A program made the position numbers and the translations under genes. A stretch of DNA of 64,000 bases from Candidatus Methanoperedenaceae archaeon. Its GTDB lineage: Archaea; Halobacteriota; Methanosarcinia; Methanosarcinales; Methanoperedenaceae. Position 1 is the first letter of the stretch. The number at the start of each line of letters is the position of its first letter. Below are positions 11,537 through 22,987 of this stretch, in pieces. A model generated the notes under the pieces. That model saw only the letters and a program-made list of their open reading frames with translations. It did not search any database and was not told the DNA's origin. The stretch is taken from NCBI GenBank assembly GCA_963753595.1, contig CAVWCX010000028.1, positions 1 to 64,000 of the forward strand, read 5' to 3'.

Positions 11537-12475
11537 TTGGTGAATTATTTGAAAATAACAGCAATTTTACCCGCGTATAATGAAGAAGTTTCCATCGGCA
11601 GTATGGTTTTGCATGCAAGGCAGCATGCTGATCAGGTTATCGTAGTGGATGACGGCAGTTCGGATAGAACATCTGAAGTGGCACGACTGGCAGGAGCTTA
11701 TGTGATTTGCCATTCCAATAACCTAGGTAAAGGGGCAGCGCTCAAGACGGGCTTCGAATATGTGAGTCAAAACGGAGCGAATGTGATTGTTACGATGGAT
11801 TCTGACGGTCAGCATGATCCTGATGATATAACAAAACTTATTGCACCTATACTCAAAGGAGAGGCGGATATGGTTAACGGCAGCAGGTACATGAACGGCA
11901 ACGGGAAGAAAACTACTCCTTTTTATCGCCGCATTGGTCAGAATATTCTTGATGCAACAACAAATCTCAACTCAGGACTTCATATCACAGATACCCAGAG
12001 TGGCTTTCGGGCATTTGCCAAACATACGCTCCCAAAGTTCAGTTTCAGATCGAATGGGCTTGCAATTGAGAGCGAGATGCTAATGGATGCAGCAAATGCT
12101 GGATTGAAAATAAAAGAAGTTGAGATAGGAGTGAGGTACGATGTGGACGGCTCATCAGAGCATCCGCTGAATCACGGTCTAAATGTGCTGATGAATGTGC
12201 TACGCGACATGGAAATGAATAGACCTCTGTATTACTTTACTGCACCAGGGCTTGTTTTCTCTACAATAGGCATATTTCTGGGGCTTAGCTTTTTACAGGA
12301 TTTCTACACTGGTGGAGGTCTGAAGTTCGGTCCTACATTACTTATGATACTGCTTACGCTGATTGGAAGTTTTATGGCGTTCACTGGGATTATCTTGCAT
12401 ACGATGTCGCGCCTGATTAATGAAGGGAACATGAAAAATAAGGTAGATCAAAACGAGTTACATTCCCATGAATGA
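11537..12475 (+). CDS. GT2 glycosyltransferase (dolichol-phosphate mannose synthase-like)
   Basis: PAYNEE, VVDDGSSD, DSDGQHDP, DTQSGFRA; two C-terminal TM helices. Confidence 0.92.
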   Translation: MVNYLKITAILPAYNEEVSIGSMVLHARQHADQVIVVDDGSSDRTSEVARLAGAYVICHSNNLGKGAALKTGFEYVSQNGANVIVTMDSDGQHDPDDITKLIAPILKGEADMVNGSRYMNGNGKKTTPFYRRIGQNILDATTNLNSGLHITDTQSGFRAFAKHTLPKFSFRSNGLAIESEMLMDAANAGLKIKEVEIGVRYDVDGSSEHPLNHGLNVLMNVLRDMEMNRPLYYFTAPGLVFSTIGIFLGLSFLQDFYTGGGLKFGPTLLMILLTLIGSFMAFTGIILHTMSRLINEGNMKNKVDQNELHSHE

Positions 12476-12530
12476 AAGAAAGAATTTAGAGTAAAATTGG
12501 GAAGAGAGTTGTCTTGATAGAGATTTCAAT

Positions 12531-13694
12531 ATGAGAAATATGAAAACCAGTCAAATTGTGATTGTTTTTTTCCTCATATTTCTCCCCATAGCAGGAGCTT
12601 ATTTTGCAATTATGGAACTTGCTGGAGAAGTAACAAAGCTTCCATCTGAGCCTTTAACCCATTTCTATGTTATAAACGAAACTGAAATAATCGCCGAAAA
12701 GCCTGTAGTTTATAAAGTAACGATTGAAAACATGGAAGATAAAAATGTTGAGTATGGATTAAAAGTTCTTCTGGCTGGCAAGGAGATACATAATCAAAAT
12801 ATAATATTGCAAAATAATGATATTTCAAATGAGAAAGTTTCTGTTATTCCCAATATAAGCGGGAGTCACCAGACTCTTGAGTTCTTGCTTTTTAAAGATA
12901 AGAAACCGTTTAGAAAATATGTTTTTCAATTATTATCTCCCATTGAAAACGGTTACATGACCACTACCATCCCTTCATCACTTCAGAAAAATGAAATTAA
13001 AGAAAACACAGTCGAATATCTTCCGGTTGAAAAAGAAGGAGATCAGAATTCCACCTATACTGTAGAAAATAATGGACGCAATATTATATATGCATTTGAC
13101 TCCGGAGAAAGGCTTGAGATGGCAGTTAAATATGGTATTGTGAATAATGGGGATGCTGTGTATTCAACTTTGAGTGAAGGGGACAACATCATGTTTATTC
13201 GACAAAAGTATGTAAGGATCCTTCCAAATAGTTTATCCTATCTTTATCCAATAATTCTGGAAATTCAAGATAATAACCTTTCAATAAACGAGACACTAGA
13301 ATTAAAAAATGGATTTTCTGTCACTATAAGGAAAATAAATAGCCAGAATATCAATAGTGAGATTTTAAAAATCGACATATCAAAGAATAACAAGATTATA
13401 AGAGAGATTATCAGTAATGGAAATTCTCCTATAGAATACTGGGATCAAATTGATGATTATAAAAAAGATAGAATTATGAGAATCGTTCCTACTTCTATAT
13501 CTGAAACTGCTATAATTTTTGATATTACACAATATGGTGGCAAGAAAAGAGTTTTGATCGGTGATAATTATGAAGAATTCAAGATAGTAAATATTACTCA
13601 AGATTCCATCATTATGAAAAATACACAGCCATTGAGTATATTAACAGGAAATGACCTATCTTTGATAAAAGGTAAGATAAAAATAAAAGTGTGA
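12531..13694 (+). CDS. Membrane-anchored protein: DUF1616-like Ig domain plus S-layer (DUF1608-like) domain
   Basis: N-terminal TM; LTHFYV...LEFLLFK as in 16310..17173; ETLELKNGFSVTI and SIIMKN...IKIKV resemble the Methanosarcinales S-layer repeat. Confidence 0.6.
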   Translation: MRNMKTSQIVIVFFLIFLPIAGAYFAIMELAGEVTKLPSEPLTHFYVINETEIIAEKPVVYKVTIENMEDKNVEYGLKVLLAGKEIHNQNIILQNNDISNEKVSVIPNISGSHQTLEFLLFKDKKPFRKYVFQLLSPIENGYMTTTIPSSLQKNEIKENTVEYLPVEKEGDQNSTYTVENNGRNIIYAFDSGERLEMAVKYGIVNNGDAVYSTLSEGDNIMFIRQKYVRILPNSLSYLYPIILEIQDNNLSINETLELKNGFSVTIRKINSQNINSEILKIDISKNNKIIREIISNGNSPIEYWDQIDDYKKDRIMRIVPTSISETAIIFDITQYGGKKRVLIGDNYEEFKIVNITQDSIIMKNTQPLSILTGNDLSLIKGKIKIKV

Positions 13695-13697
13695 AAA

Positions 13698-14513
13698 ATG
13701 AATTATTTGTTGATAATTTTTATTCCAATAATATGGATTTTTTATTATAATACGATTAGTTGGCTTATAGAATCGTGGATATATAATGAATACTATTCGC
13801 ACGGACTTCTTGTTATGCTAATATCCGGATATATTATCTGGAGTATTAGGAAAGAGCTTATAGCTATGGAAAAGAAGCCATCTCAGAATGGTCTATTAAT
13901 ATTTGCAGCAGGTATCATAATTCAGGGGATAAGTGTTTTATGGACTATACGCTTTTTGTCAGGGATATCTCTTATAATAACGATCACAGGGGCGATTATC
14001 TATCTTTACGGTTGGAAATTTATGAAAAAGATAAGGTTTCCTTTATTTTTCATGGCATTGGCGATACCAGTGCCTTTTGTTTATATGATAGTATCTCCAG
14101 CCCAGACAATTTCAGTATTCTGGACCGCCAACGTGGCAAATTTTATCGGGATACCAACTATAAGGGAGGGACTTATACTAAAAATGTCAGCGGGAACATT
14201 TGAGGTCGGAGTTGAGTGTAGTGGAATTAATTCTATGATCTCCTTATTCACAATTGGAATAATATTTGCCTATATTTTAGAGGGCAGTAATTTAATGAAA
14301 GCCACAGTACTCTTATCCGCAATCCCACTGGCACTGGCAGGAAATATTCTCCGGATCACATCGATCCTTATAGTAGCAAGCAAGTACGGACAAGAGGCAG
14401 CTATCAACTATTTCCACGATTTTTCAAGCCTTCTTTTATTCAGTATTGCGCTGATAGGACTATTCCTTGTTGGGAGGTGTTTCGGACGGCTGCGATTCAA
14501 AAAAACCTTTTAA
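13698..14513 (+). CDS. Exosortase/archaeosortase family protein (EpsH-like)
   Basis: About 8 TM helices; W..NEYYSHG, VECSG (Cys), NILRI (Arg), FHD (His). Confidence 0.9.
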   Translation: MNYLLIIFIPIIWIFYYNTISWLIESWIYNEYYSHGLLVMLISGYIIWSIRKELIAMEKKPSQNGLLIFAAGIIIQGISVLWTIRFLSGISLIITITGAIIYLYGWKFMKKIRFPLFFMALAIPVPFVYMIVSPAQTISVFWTANVANFIGIPTIREGLILKMSAGTFEVGVECSGINSMISLFTIGIIFAYILEGSNLMKATVLLSAIPLALAGNILRITSILIVASKYGQEAAINYFHDFSSLLLFSIALIGLFLVGRCFGRLRFKKTF

Positions 14514-15265
14514 TAATGATAGGTATAATCCTCTTTTCGTATATTATCATTTTCCTGCTCTCTCCGAAAGACATCACAGATTATACGATCGCAGATACGA
14601 AATACTGGGGCGAGTCAAAAAATCGGCTACTTCTGAAGACTGCATATGAATACAACAGCAAAGAGAATGTGCAGGCCTTTCCGAAAGAACTTGGGGAATG
14701 GAAAGGCTATGATTTTAAATATGATGAAAGTGTTTATAAATCGTTGAACGCGGATATACTTCTGAGCAGGAAATACGTAAAAAGCAATGGAAGTTATCTA
14801 TGGATGGATATAATAAATAGCAAGATCGGGGCGAGCTTTCATAATCAAAAATTATGTCTGGCAGCATGGAATATTGATAATGAAAGCATCGCTGAGTTCA
14901 GTGTAGCAGATGCATCGAATCCTTTTACGAAATTATATGCATTAAGACTGGATTATAGCAGACCCAAACAAAAACAGGTTATGGTGTACTGGTTCATGTT
15001 TAAGAAATTCGGGGCAACAGATTCCGTCTCCATGATACGGATTACAGCGCCAGTTATTTCAAATGAAACATCTGCATTCAATTCCATAAAAGACTTCGTA
15101 GAAAAAGAATTATTCTACACTATGTATATACAGGCAGACCCGGAAACAATAACAGTAGCCAAGGACATAAATAATAAATATGGAAATATCGGCATGGCAG
15201 CAATGGTACTTAGTATATTAGTATCTGTCAGTCTTGTGTTTGTAGGTATGAGAAGAAAGAATTAA
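14477..15265 (+). CDS. Exosortase-associated EpsI-family protein
   Basis: FPKELGEWKG, LNADILLSRKY, HNQKLCLAAW, MVYWF, MIRIT; directly follows the exosortase. The start may be ATG 14516. Confidence 0.8.
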   Translation: MFRTAAIQKNLLIMIGIILFSYIIIFLLSPKDITDYTIADTKYWGESKNRLLLKTAYEYNSKENVQAFPKELGEWKGYDFKYDESVYKSLNADILLSRKYVKSNGSYLWMDIINSKIGASFHNQKLCLAAWNIDNESIAEFSVADASNPFTKLYALRLDYSRPKQKQVMVYWFMFKKFGATDSVSMIRITAPVISNETSAFNSIKDFVEKELFYTMYIQADPETITVAKDINNKYGNIGMAAMVLSILVSVSLVFVGMRRKN

Positions 15266-15291
15266 ATCTATTGAAGAGGTAATATAAAATT

Positions 15292-15525
15292 ATGGGCATG
15301 GTCGCAGCGATATCAAATGTACAGCCCTTCTTCCCAGTAGATGTCGTCACACAAGGTGGGACAATAGCGACAGTATCTATTGTTGTTTCTCTTTCAATAG
15401 CCCTTCTGGTTTCTGATTCAAAATACTGGAACAACTGGACATCAAGCACGCTAAATATAAGCACAATCTCGCTTCTTATAACCTTTGCAGCTATTGTGCT
15501 CTTAAAAATCATTTTGATATTATAG
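15292..15525 (+). CDS. Small two-TM membrane protein
   Basis: Hydrophobic 77-aa ORF co-oriented with the exosortase operon. Confidence 0.5.
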   Translation: MGMVAAISNVQPFFPVDVVTQGGTIATVSIVVSLSIALLVSDSKYWNNWTSSTLNISTISLLITFAAIVLLKIILIL

Positions 15526-16303
15526 GCAGAACCCCGAATAGAAGAACGTTAGCAGTACCATGGATCACTAGGATGAAAGGGAAGCTTCTCGTTTTCTGGA
15601 AAATGAAACCCAGAACAAATCCAAACAATGTGGCGAACAGGACCTCGCTGACAAGACCATAGCCTGCATGCATGATCCCGAATAGCGCAGAGCTGAGTAA
15701 TAAGGCCTTTATTGATCCAAACACCTTCTCAAATCTTGTAATTAGTATGGATCTGAATATCAGTTCTTCAACAGCTCCCACAAAAACGAACATTACCATC
15801 GATATTAAAAGAAGGTTTTGTAATTTCAGATTCATTATAAGCGGATTTGGATGCAATATTCGAAACTCAAGCATTGCCATCGCTGTACCAATCAGAAGAG
15901 CTGCTGGTATATAGATATACCACCGCTTAAAATCAATACCAATTTCCTGCGCAGTAATATTCTGCTGCTTGGTAACATAGTAAATGGATATAAATATGAC
16001 TCCATAAACAAGAGGATACCAGAGTAACGTTATAGTGAATAACTGTGGCATTGTAAGATTTATTATCCGAATTTGAAGCGGTAAAAGCAGACTCTGGAGA
16101 ACATTTTTTGTCTCAGGGGAAAAATTACCTAGAATAATGGCTATGGTTATCACTTGAAGGTTAATAATATAGACAACAAGACCGGGATAAACATGACCAA
16201 AGAACAACAGGAGTTCTCCTGCTACTATACCCAGTACCGGGAGATAGATTTCTTTTTTTATTTCAAATTTCGTAGAATTCTTGCTCAAAAAAATAAACCT
16301 CAT
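15509..16303 (-). CDS. CPBP (CAAX/Abi) family intramembrane protease
   Basis: EELIFR, FGIMH and HGTAN motifs. Confidence 0.92.
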   Translation of the reverse strand: MRFIFLSKNSTKFEIKKEIYLPVLGIVAGELLLFFGHVYPGLVVYIINLQVITIAIILGNFSPETKNVLQSLLLPLQIRIINLTMPQLFTITLLWYPLVYGVIFISIYYVTKQQNITAQEIGIDFKRWYIYIPAALLIGTAMAMLEFRILHPNPLIMNLKLQNLLLISMVMFVFVGAVEELIFRSILITRFEKVFGSIKALLLSSALFGIMHAGYGLVSEVLFATLFGFVLGFIFQKTRSFPFILVIHGTANVLLFGVLPIISK

Positions 16304-16309
16304 ATAATT

Positions 16310-17173
16310 TTATGGCGTTACCTTTACCCACATGTAAAGTTCCCGGTAGGGTGCAGTGAAATTGTCTTCTTTGAATAACAAGAATTCAAGCTTCATATCA
16401 GTTCCTATTTTATCTGGTACAAAGGTCACATTTTTCTCCCAGACCTCATTTTGACCTAATGATAATAATGTATCCGTCAGGATTTCATTATCGAGAGCTA
16501 TCCGGATAGTGTAGTTAACCGAATTGTACTCGTGGTTCACGACCCCTACAAGAATAGTGGCGGAAGAATTATATTGAAGAATAGCAGGATAGTTATCTGC
16601 TTTGTTGCCAGGGCCAAGTATGTAAAATTCTGTGAACTTATCTCCTATTTTAGGTACTGTGATTACAAAATATAGCATGCTTATCGCCAGCACAATGGAG
16701 AAAATCAATATTCCAGTAATAATCCTGTCGGTTTTGCTCTTTGGCATGTCCAGCTCCTCTTTAATAAGTTCTTGCACGCGTTGGAAAGAAACGTAAAACC
16801 TCTCATAAGGAGGAAGTTTCTTCCTTCTAAAAGTGGCTATTACTATTATTATAATAGTTGACAGACAGAGGATTAACAGCATTTCACGTAACCCTATCCC
16901 AAAGATAAATTTGAGCAGCATACCAAGAAGTGAAACCACCGCTATGCTAAGACCAAAACTCAAACCCAGTCGCTCTATATCATCTAATTCTTTCTTTTTT
17001 GGGAAAATTGCAGCTATCAAGATGTAACCAGGGATGAATAGCACCATGGGTAAAACTAGAATCGTTCTTAAAAAAGTATCATTTAGTGATGGAACGATAA
17101 TGAAGTCAAATGTGAGAAGGACCCATATAAGCATCAATATAAAGTCCAAAAAATATTTTATTGGTTTATGCAA
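16310..17173 (-). CDS. DUF1616 domain membrane protein
   Basis: LFIPGY, ERLGLSFGLSIA, FTEFYILG, ADNYP, YRELYMWV. Confidence 0.88.
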   Translation of the reverse strand: MHKPIKYFLDFILMLIWVLLTFDFIIVPSLNDTFLRTILVLPMVLFIPGYILIAAIFPKKKELDDIERLGLSFGLSIAVVSLLGMLLKFIFGIGLREMLLILCLSTIIIIVIATFRRKKLPPYERFYVSFQRVQELIKEELDMPKSKTDRIITGILIFSIVLAISMLYFVITVPKIGDKFTEFYILGPGNKADNYPAILQYNSSATILVGVVNHEYNSVNYTIRIALDNEILTDTLLSLGQNEVWEKNVTFVPDKIGTDMKLEFLLFKEDNFTAPYRELYMWVKVTP

Positions 17174-17437
17174 TAAATTTCACCTATTGATTGATTTTTA
17201 AATCATCTTACTAGATTATCTAATATATATATATTTATGTTATTTCATATTTATTTATCTTTTCCCAAAAAAAATTCCTCAGTCTAAACAAATGTAGATA
17301 TGTGGTAAAATCAATAACAAGCGGAAGCCAAAATATTATTTGAAATATTATGACTCTGGAAACTCTTCTCAGAAATCGGCGGCCAAGGCTCTTGGCATTA
17401 CGCCAAGACGTTTCAGGCAGTTCCATGAAATCTATAA

Positions 17438-19029
17438 CCTTAGTTTGACAGTTCAAAAATCTTAACTGTGGAGAAAGTCTACTATTTTAGCAGGAAAATC
17501 CATTTGACAGTTGTCAAAAATTTACTTTATTTTGTAAGTTTTTGCTATTTTATTCCTAGATTTTGCAGCAAAATCAGCTTATTTATTGGGTCAAAATTAG
17601 CATAAATATACTTTTTTGGCTTATTTATTCTGAAATTAACCGTAACTGTCAAATTCATCAGGCTGTTTTTTATGAATTTTGTCGAAGTATTTTTCAATTC
17701 TTTGATCTCATATCTTATCAAAGAAATAAACAATTGAGCCAGAAACCCAATGATCAATGCTCCATAAATGCTATCCTCCGACCATACACGTACCGGTTTT
17801 ATTTCAATCTCATTTTTCATCGAATTAAAAATCTTCTCGATTGAATCCTTCTTTCTATAGGTTTGTAAAGCTTGTTCTAGTGTCAAATTCTCACTGGATT
17901 TAATGCAGAAAAATCCTTCTCGGCCCGTGATTATTATTTTTTCAAGAAGTTTCATTGCTTCTTCTTCACTAAGTTCTTCGAGTTTGGTTTGATATGAATA
18001 CGAAATATCAATGAGAACATTATTGATACGGAACTTCTTTGGAAGCTGTTTCTTGTTATCAATCGATTTTTGAATCTCTTTAGCTTCCTTTAATTTCTGC
18101 ATTGCTTTTCTTGCTCTGGATTTTAACTGATCTTTCTGAAGATTCTCTGAAAAATAAAAATAGTCTATGCTGCTAGGTTTGACAAATTTTATCCCGTAAA
18201 CTCCTTTTTTTGCATCAACAAGCTCAGCTTTAAATTTATCAAACTCTTTAATCCTTTTATCGTCACTTTTGTTCAGCTTCTTACTTGTCAGGTATTTCAT
18301 CTTGTCTGCAAGAATGAGGTCAATATTGTTTTTGCTGTGAGCTCCTTTATCAAAAGTGATAAGGGAACCTGGCTCGAGTTTGTCCTTGATTTGTTCATAT
18401 GTATCAACGAAGTGTTTGGCATCATGCAGATTCCCTTTGTTTACTGTAATTCCAATCGGGACATTGATGGGACTTGAAAGTTCACTAATTCCAACGGTTA
18501 TTTGTTTCTTGTCAGGTCTATGGTCTCGACTGTACCCGTATTTTCCTAGCTTACTTTTATCTCCATAAAGAACCAAACTTGTCCAATCAAGGTTGACATC
18601 AGTATGCTCAAAATTATATGTCTGGAATAATCGGTCTTGAATATCTGCAATTATTTCTTCCCTGTTCTTGCCTATGATTTCAAGTGCTCTGAAGAGTGTT
18701 TTTTCTTCGAATTTCTCAAGATTAAAGGTTTCAAGAACTTGACCACGATTTATCCACTCGCTGGCTTTACTAATGCTGAGATTTTCAGTAAGCTTGTAAC
18801 TTATGAGAGCTTGTATTAGGAAATTTAGATCTCTACCCTTCTTTTTGTATTTCTCAAAAATACATGAAATGTCTAACTTTTCATATTTGTTTTTTACAGT
18901 AAGAATCGTTCCAATAGGAAAGCATATATTCTCATTCGGGGTAATTTCATCCGTCCTCAGTTTCGTTTGGTATCTCATTAATAACAAACATGCTGAGGGC
19001 AATATTATTATTTAACTGTCAAAGTCAGG
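17438..19029 (-). mobile_element. IS1634-family insertion sequence, transposase 17545..19002
   Basis: Imperfect 16-bp TIR (CCTTAGTTTGACAGTT / AACTGTCAAAGTCAGG), 6-bp TSD CTATAA; LDWTS, YGYSRDHRPDKKQ, FDKG motifs. Confidence 0.93.
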
Positions 19030-19467
19030 CTATAAATCGACTGGTGAAATTCCTGTAATAGGGTCGGCCTTGGGCGACCAAAGAAGGATATTCCGGAAAA
19101 ATGGAAGGAAATCATCAAAGAAGAATATGATATGTTTCGACCGAATGCGTTGTATCAGGAAAAAACTATTTATGCAAGATGCAAAATAAGAATACCTCAC
19201 AATACAATACACAAAGTAATGCTCGAATTCGGATTTGCAGAGGAAAAAGAGAACATGCAAAAATAAAGAAAATCCTGGATACGATATGAACGGAAACCTT
19301 CATTATCGGTAGTTCATATTGACTGGCACCTAAGCAAGGTTAATGGAAAGCAGTTATGTTCTATCGTGGATGATGCATCTCGAAAAGTCCTATCGTCAGG
19401 AGAATTTGACAACGCTACTGAAGAGAACTCTTTGAAAGTCATGAATGAAGCAATTGAAAGAACAATT

Positions 19468-21008
19468 CATTGGTCATCGGTTAAGCCCACCAGTCATCCC
19501 TGAACCGATGTCTACTGACATGGGGATCAAGTGCCTGACTTGAATAGACATTCATAACAGTCAGAATAGTTCTTTCAATCCCATAATACCGAAGTATCAG
19601 AGTAAGCTGTTTATCAGCATTTTCGGCAAAAATCGTACTCCATCGCAATTGTGTAAAACGAGAACCAATATCTTTTGGATTATACTTCCGAACTAACGAA
19701 TATATTCTCCTGCTTACTAAAAGGGTAAGAATCGATATCCAGATAAAGGCTTCGATAATTTGTGTGTTCTTTGTATTCACAACATCAAGAGCGTATCTGC
19801 TTTTCAGTTCTTTAAAGATCAGTTCAATATCCCATCTTGCTCCATAGAGTTTCGCAACATCCTCAGCCTCCAAAACATCTTTTGCAATATTAGTAAGATA
19901 GACATGATACTTTTCTTCATCTTCATTAAAAACCGCTACCAATCGGAACTGTTCCATTCTTGTCTTACTTTTCCCATTATAATTCGGTTTCTTGAATGAG
20001 ACCTCAACTTCAACATCGAGTACTTGTCTTTTTAACTTGGGGAGAATTTCACTGATATATTTCCCTTTCACATCAATACTATTCCCCCGACACGTATTAT
20101 GCACATCAACAATAAGAGGATCCGCACTTCCTTTCAATCTGGACACGAAGTAACCGCCATTCTCCTTGATTTTAGCAAAGAGTAGATGTTTGTAGAAACC
20201 AAGATCGATAAGAAGAATTCTATCTTTTATCCATGGACCTATTCGCAGAGTCTTCAATTCATTTGTACTTTCAGGATGAATAGTGATGCTTTTTGGGCTG
20301 TTTGCCACGGCACTTACCAACAAACTCACTTTAACGCCAGCTGCTACCGTTCTGGAACGTGCTGCCGGGAATTTTTTAGCAAGAGACTTATGCAATCTGA
20401 TAATTGTGCTGTCCTGTATCATTACATCCTGGAATTTAGCTATTTTTTCATTGAGAACTTTGGTTTGTTCCTTAGCAAGCTGTTCAATTCCATGAGTTAC
20501 ACATAGCCTCAGGAATGCAACAAGTTCAGGTGTGAATCTTTCATACCAGCTGCTGTCGCTCAGTTTTTTATTGGAAAACTTTTCATAATTCCGTTTGACA
20601 AAGGCTAGATTTCTTGCAAGGCGAACACCATAACTATTGACAAGAACCCAAAACATTTCTACGGCTGTCACTTTTCTCTCTCTTTCTATGAGGCCGGTTT
20701 CTTTTGCTGCTTGTTTCAGCCATTCTGGAGGGAATAGTGTGTAGAGGTCTTTTTCAATTATATCGGGGTCATAAGATGGGATTTTTGTGTTTGGTTCTTT
20801 GGGCTTTTTCATGCTACTGATCCTCTTTCTAATTTTAATACAGTAAAATTAGAATTTTTAAGTAATATATGCATGCTAAGACGATAAATGCTTCGCTATA
20901 TAACGATTATTTCAACTGGAAACCCAAAGCTATTGACTAAAAACGAGTAATTCTGCAATCTTTTTTGAGATAATTCATTGAGCAGAATTCCTTAACCGAT
21001 GACCAATG
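19468..21008 (-). mobile_element. IS4-family (ISH8-group-like) insertion sequence, transposase 19481..20812
   Basis: Perfect 18-bp TIR CATTGGTCATCGGTTAAG, 10-bp TSD AAGAACAATT; QDST, DLGF, YGARWDIELIFKELK. Confidence 0.93.
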
Positions 21009-21326
21009 AAGAACAATTCATCTGTATCCGATTCAAACAAAAGAGATAAAAATGAGTATGCAGAACACGCATTTGAACTTTTTCTTAAGGATAAGGGTAT
21101 CAAGCAGATCTTGTGTGATGTAAATCATCCGCAGACGAATGGAAAAGAGGAGAAGTTTCACGATTTTTACAAGAACCATAGGGGAAGATTTGAAAGTCTG
21201 GATAAATTGATCGAGTGGTACAATAATCGCCCTCATTTTGCTTTGAATTTAAGACGGGCAGAAACGCCAGATCAGGCATTAATCCGTAAGATGCATCCTG
21301 AGGTCTGGCTCGGTTTTGCTTTTAAG

Positions 21327-22868
21327 CCGTAACTCTCCCTTTTTTACGTAATACTCAAATCAATCCCCAATTTTTCAATAAGTAAACGTGTCTTTTTAGG
21401 AATCTCAGAGATCTCCCAGTCATCCCCTATCTTAACATTGAACACTCTTGATAGATGTAGAATAACATCTTTTGGTGAACATCTGCTTAAAATATCCCTG
21501 GAAAGTAGCAATCCATAAACCTTATAATAAAGAAGTAGAGCGACAAAATTCACAAACATCCATCCTTCCATTGCGGAATCATCTCTCATATAACTGCGAT
21601 CTGCATTCAACACATTTTTAAATGTGTCAAAAGTAACCTCGATCTCAACACGGCTTTTCAGCAACTCGAAAATTTTCTGTGGGGACAAATCCAATCCTGT
21701 AATTATCGATATTGTGCCAAACTTACTATCATTTTCATGAAACTCTTCTATCTTGAGCTTTCCTTCATTCACCCTTATTAAAAAATCACGTTCCTCTTCC
21801 ACTTTCAAAAAGTTATCCAGGAATGTAACTATCCTTTTCCCATCTAATACACGTTCATAATGCCAAATCACTCGGTTCTCAAAAAGAAAATGACCATCAA
21901 ACTGCTTTCTTCCGGCCTGTTTTAGAGGTGAGTAATCGATGAACTGACTATTCCTTTTCAGAGGTAAAATATACCTTATTTTCTTTGTTTCCAATTCTTT
22001 CGCATTGTCTGCAGAATAGAAACCCTTGTCTCCCACCAAAATAATGTCCTTCACCTTCGATTCTTCCATGGATAAAAGCAAACTGGAAACGTCCCTTATC
22101 GAACCGGGAACAAGTCTATAAAATATCGGCTGCATTCGATCAAGTGAAAAAAGCAAAAAAAGATTTATTTGCGGGAGGTAGTTCCTTTCTGAATTTCGAC
22201 CTAAAGTAGCTGATATCACATTTTCTGAAAGAGAGAAAACATGTGTGAGATCAACCGCCATACATTCATCTTGTGCTATGTATTTTGACAGGAATTTCTT
22301 GATAAGATCTCTTTGCTGCCCTATTGCGTGAAGTATGTTGCTAAGTGTCTTGGGAGATACTTTTGCATCGGGTATGATGTCAGATAAGTAAGAACTCTGG
22401 TAATGATTTTGAACATTCTTTAGTGGTGATGATGAGAAAAAACGAAATGCTGCGAATGTGAATATCTCCTTCCATATATCTGGAAACACTTCTTTCAGGT
22501 TTTGGATGATATCTTTTGATTCATTAGCTATGAATCGTGATGCTCCAAACTCTTTTACACTAATATTTTTCCGTGATTCTATTGTCCTTTCATGTTTTGG
22601 TTTTATGAGTCCTTCTTCTGTTATTTTGCCAAGAAATTTTTCTGTGATCTTTTTGGCCCGTTTCTTTTCTTTGTCATATTCGCTTCTGATTTTGTAGAGA
22701 TAATAGTACTTTCCGAGTTTTCTTATTTCTGTCCCTTTTGTTTTGTGTTTCAATACCCAATCCGGATGAGTCATAATATTACGTATATACGTAATACAAA
22801 TATATAAAGATTACGGTATGTGTTGACAGTTTTCTAAAAAATATTACACAAATTGGGCGGAGTTAAGG
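21327..22868 (-). mobile_element. IS1634-like insertion sequence, transposase 21344..22774
   Basis: TIR CCGTAACTCTCCC / GGCGGAGTTAAGG, 6-bp TSD TTTAAG; VDLTH, GDKGFYS, RVEIEVTFDTFKN. Confidence 0.88.
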
Positions 22869-22987
22869 TTTAAGATGTTTGGATGGTGAATTTTTATGAA
22901 AACTGTACAAAAGGTAAAATAAGTTAAGACTGAGGAAATTAGGAGATATTGCGATTATAGAAAGATTTATGTTTAACCTAAAGCCAT

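Larger units (their letters stand above)
17273..22940 (+). mobile_element. Decayed IS481-family element interrupted by three IS insertions
   Basis: Segments 17302-17437, 19036-19467, 21019-21326 and 22875-22889 join into one transposase (HTH ..GITPRRFRQ.., IRYER, HIDWH, VDDASR, HPQTNGKEEKFH, YNNRPHFAL); inverted repeat AATTCCTCAGTCT(A/T)AAC at both ends. Confidence 0.85.
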
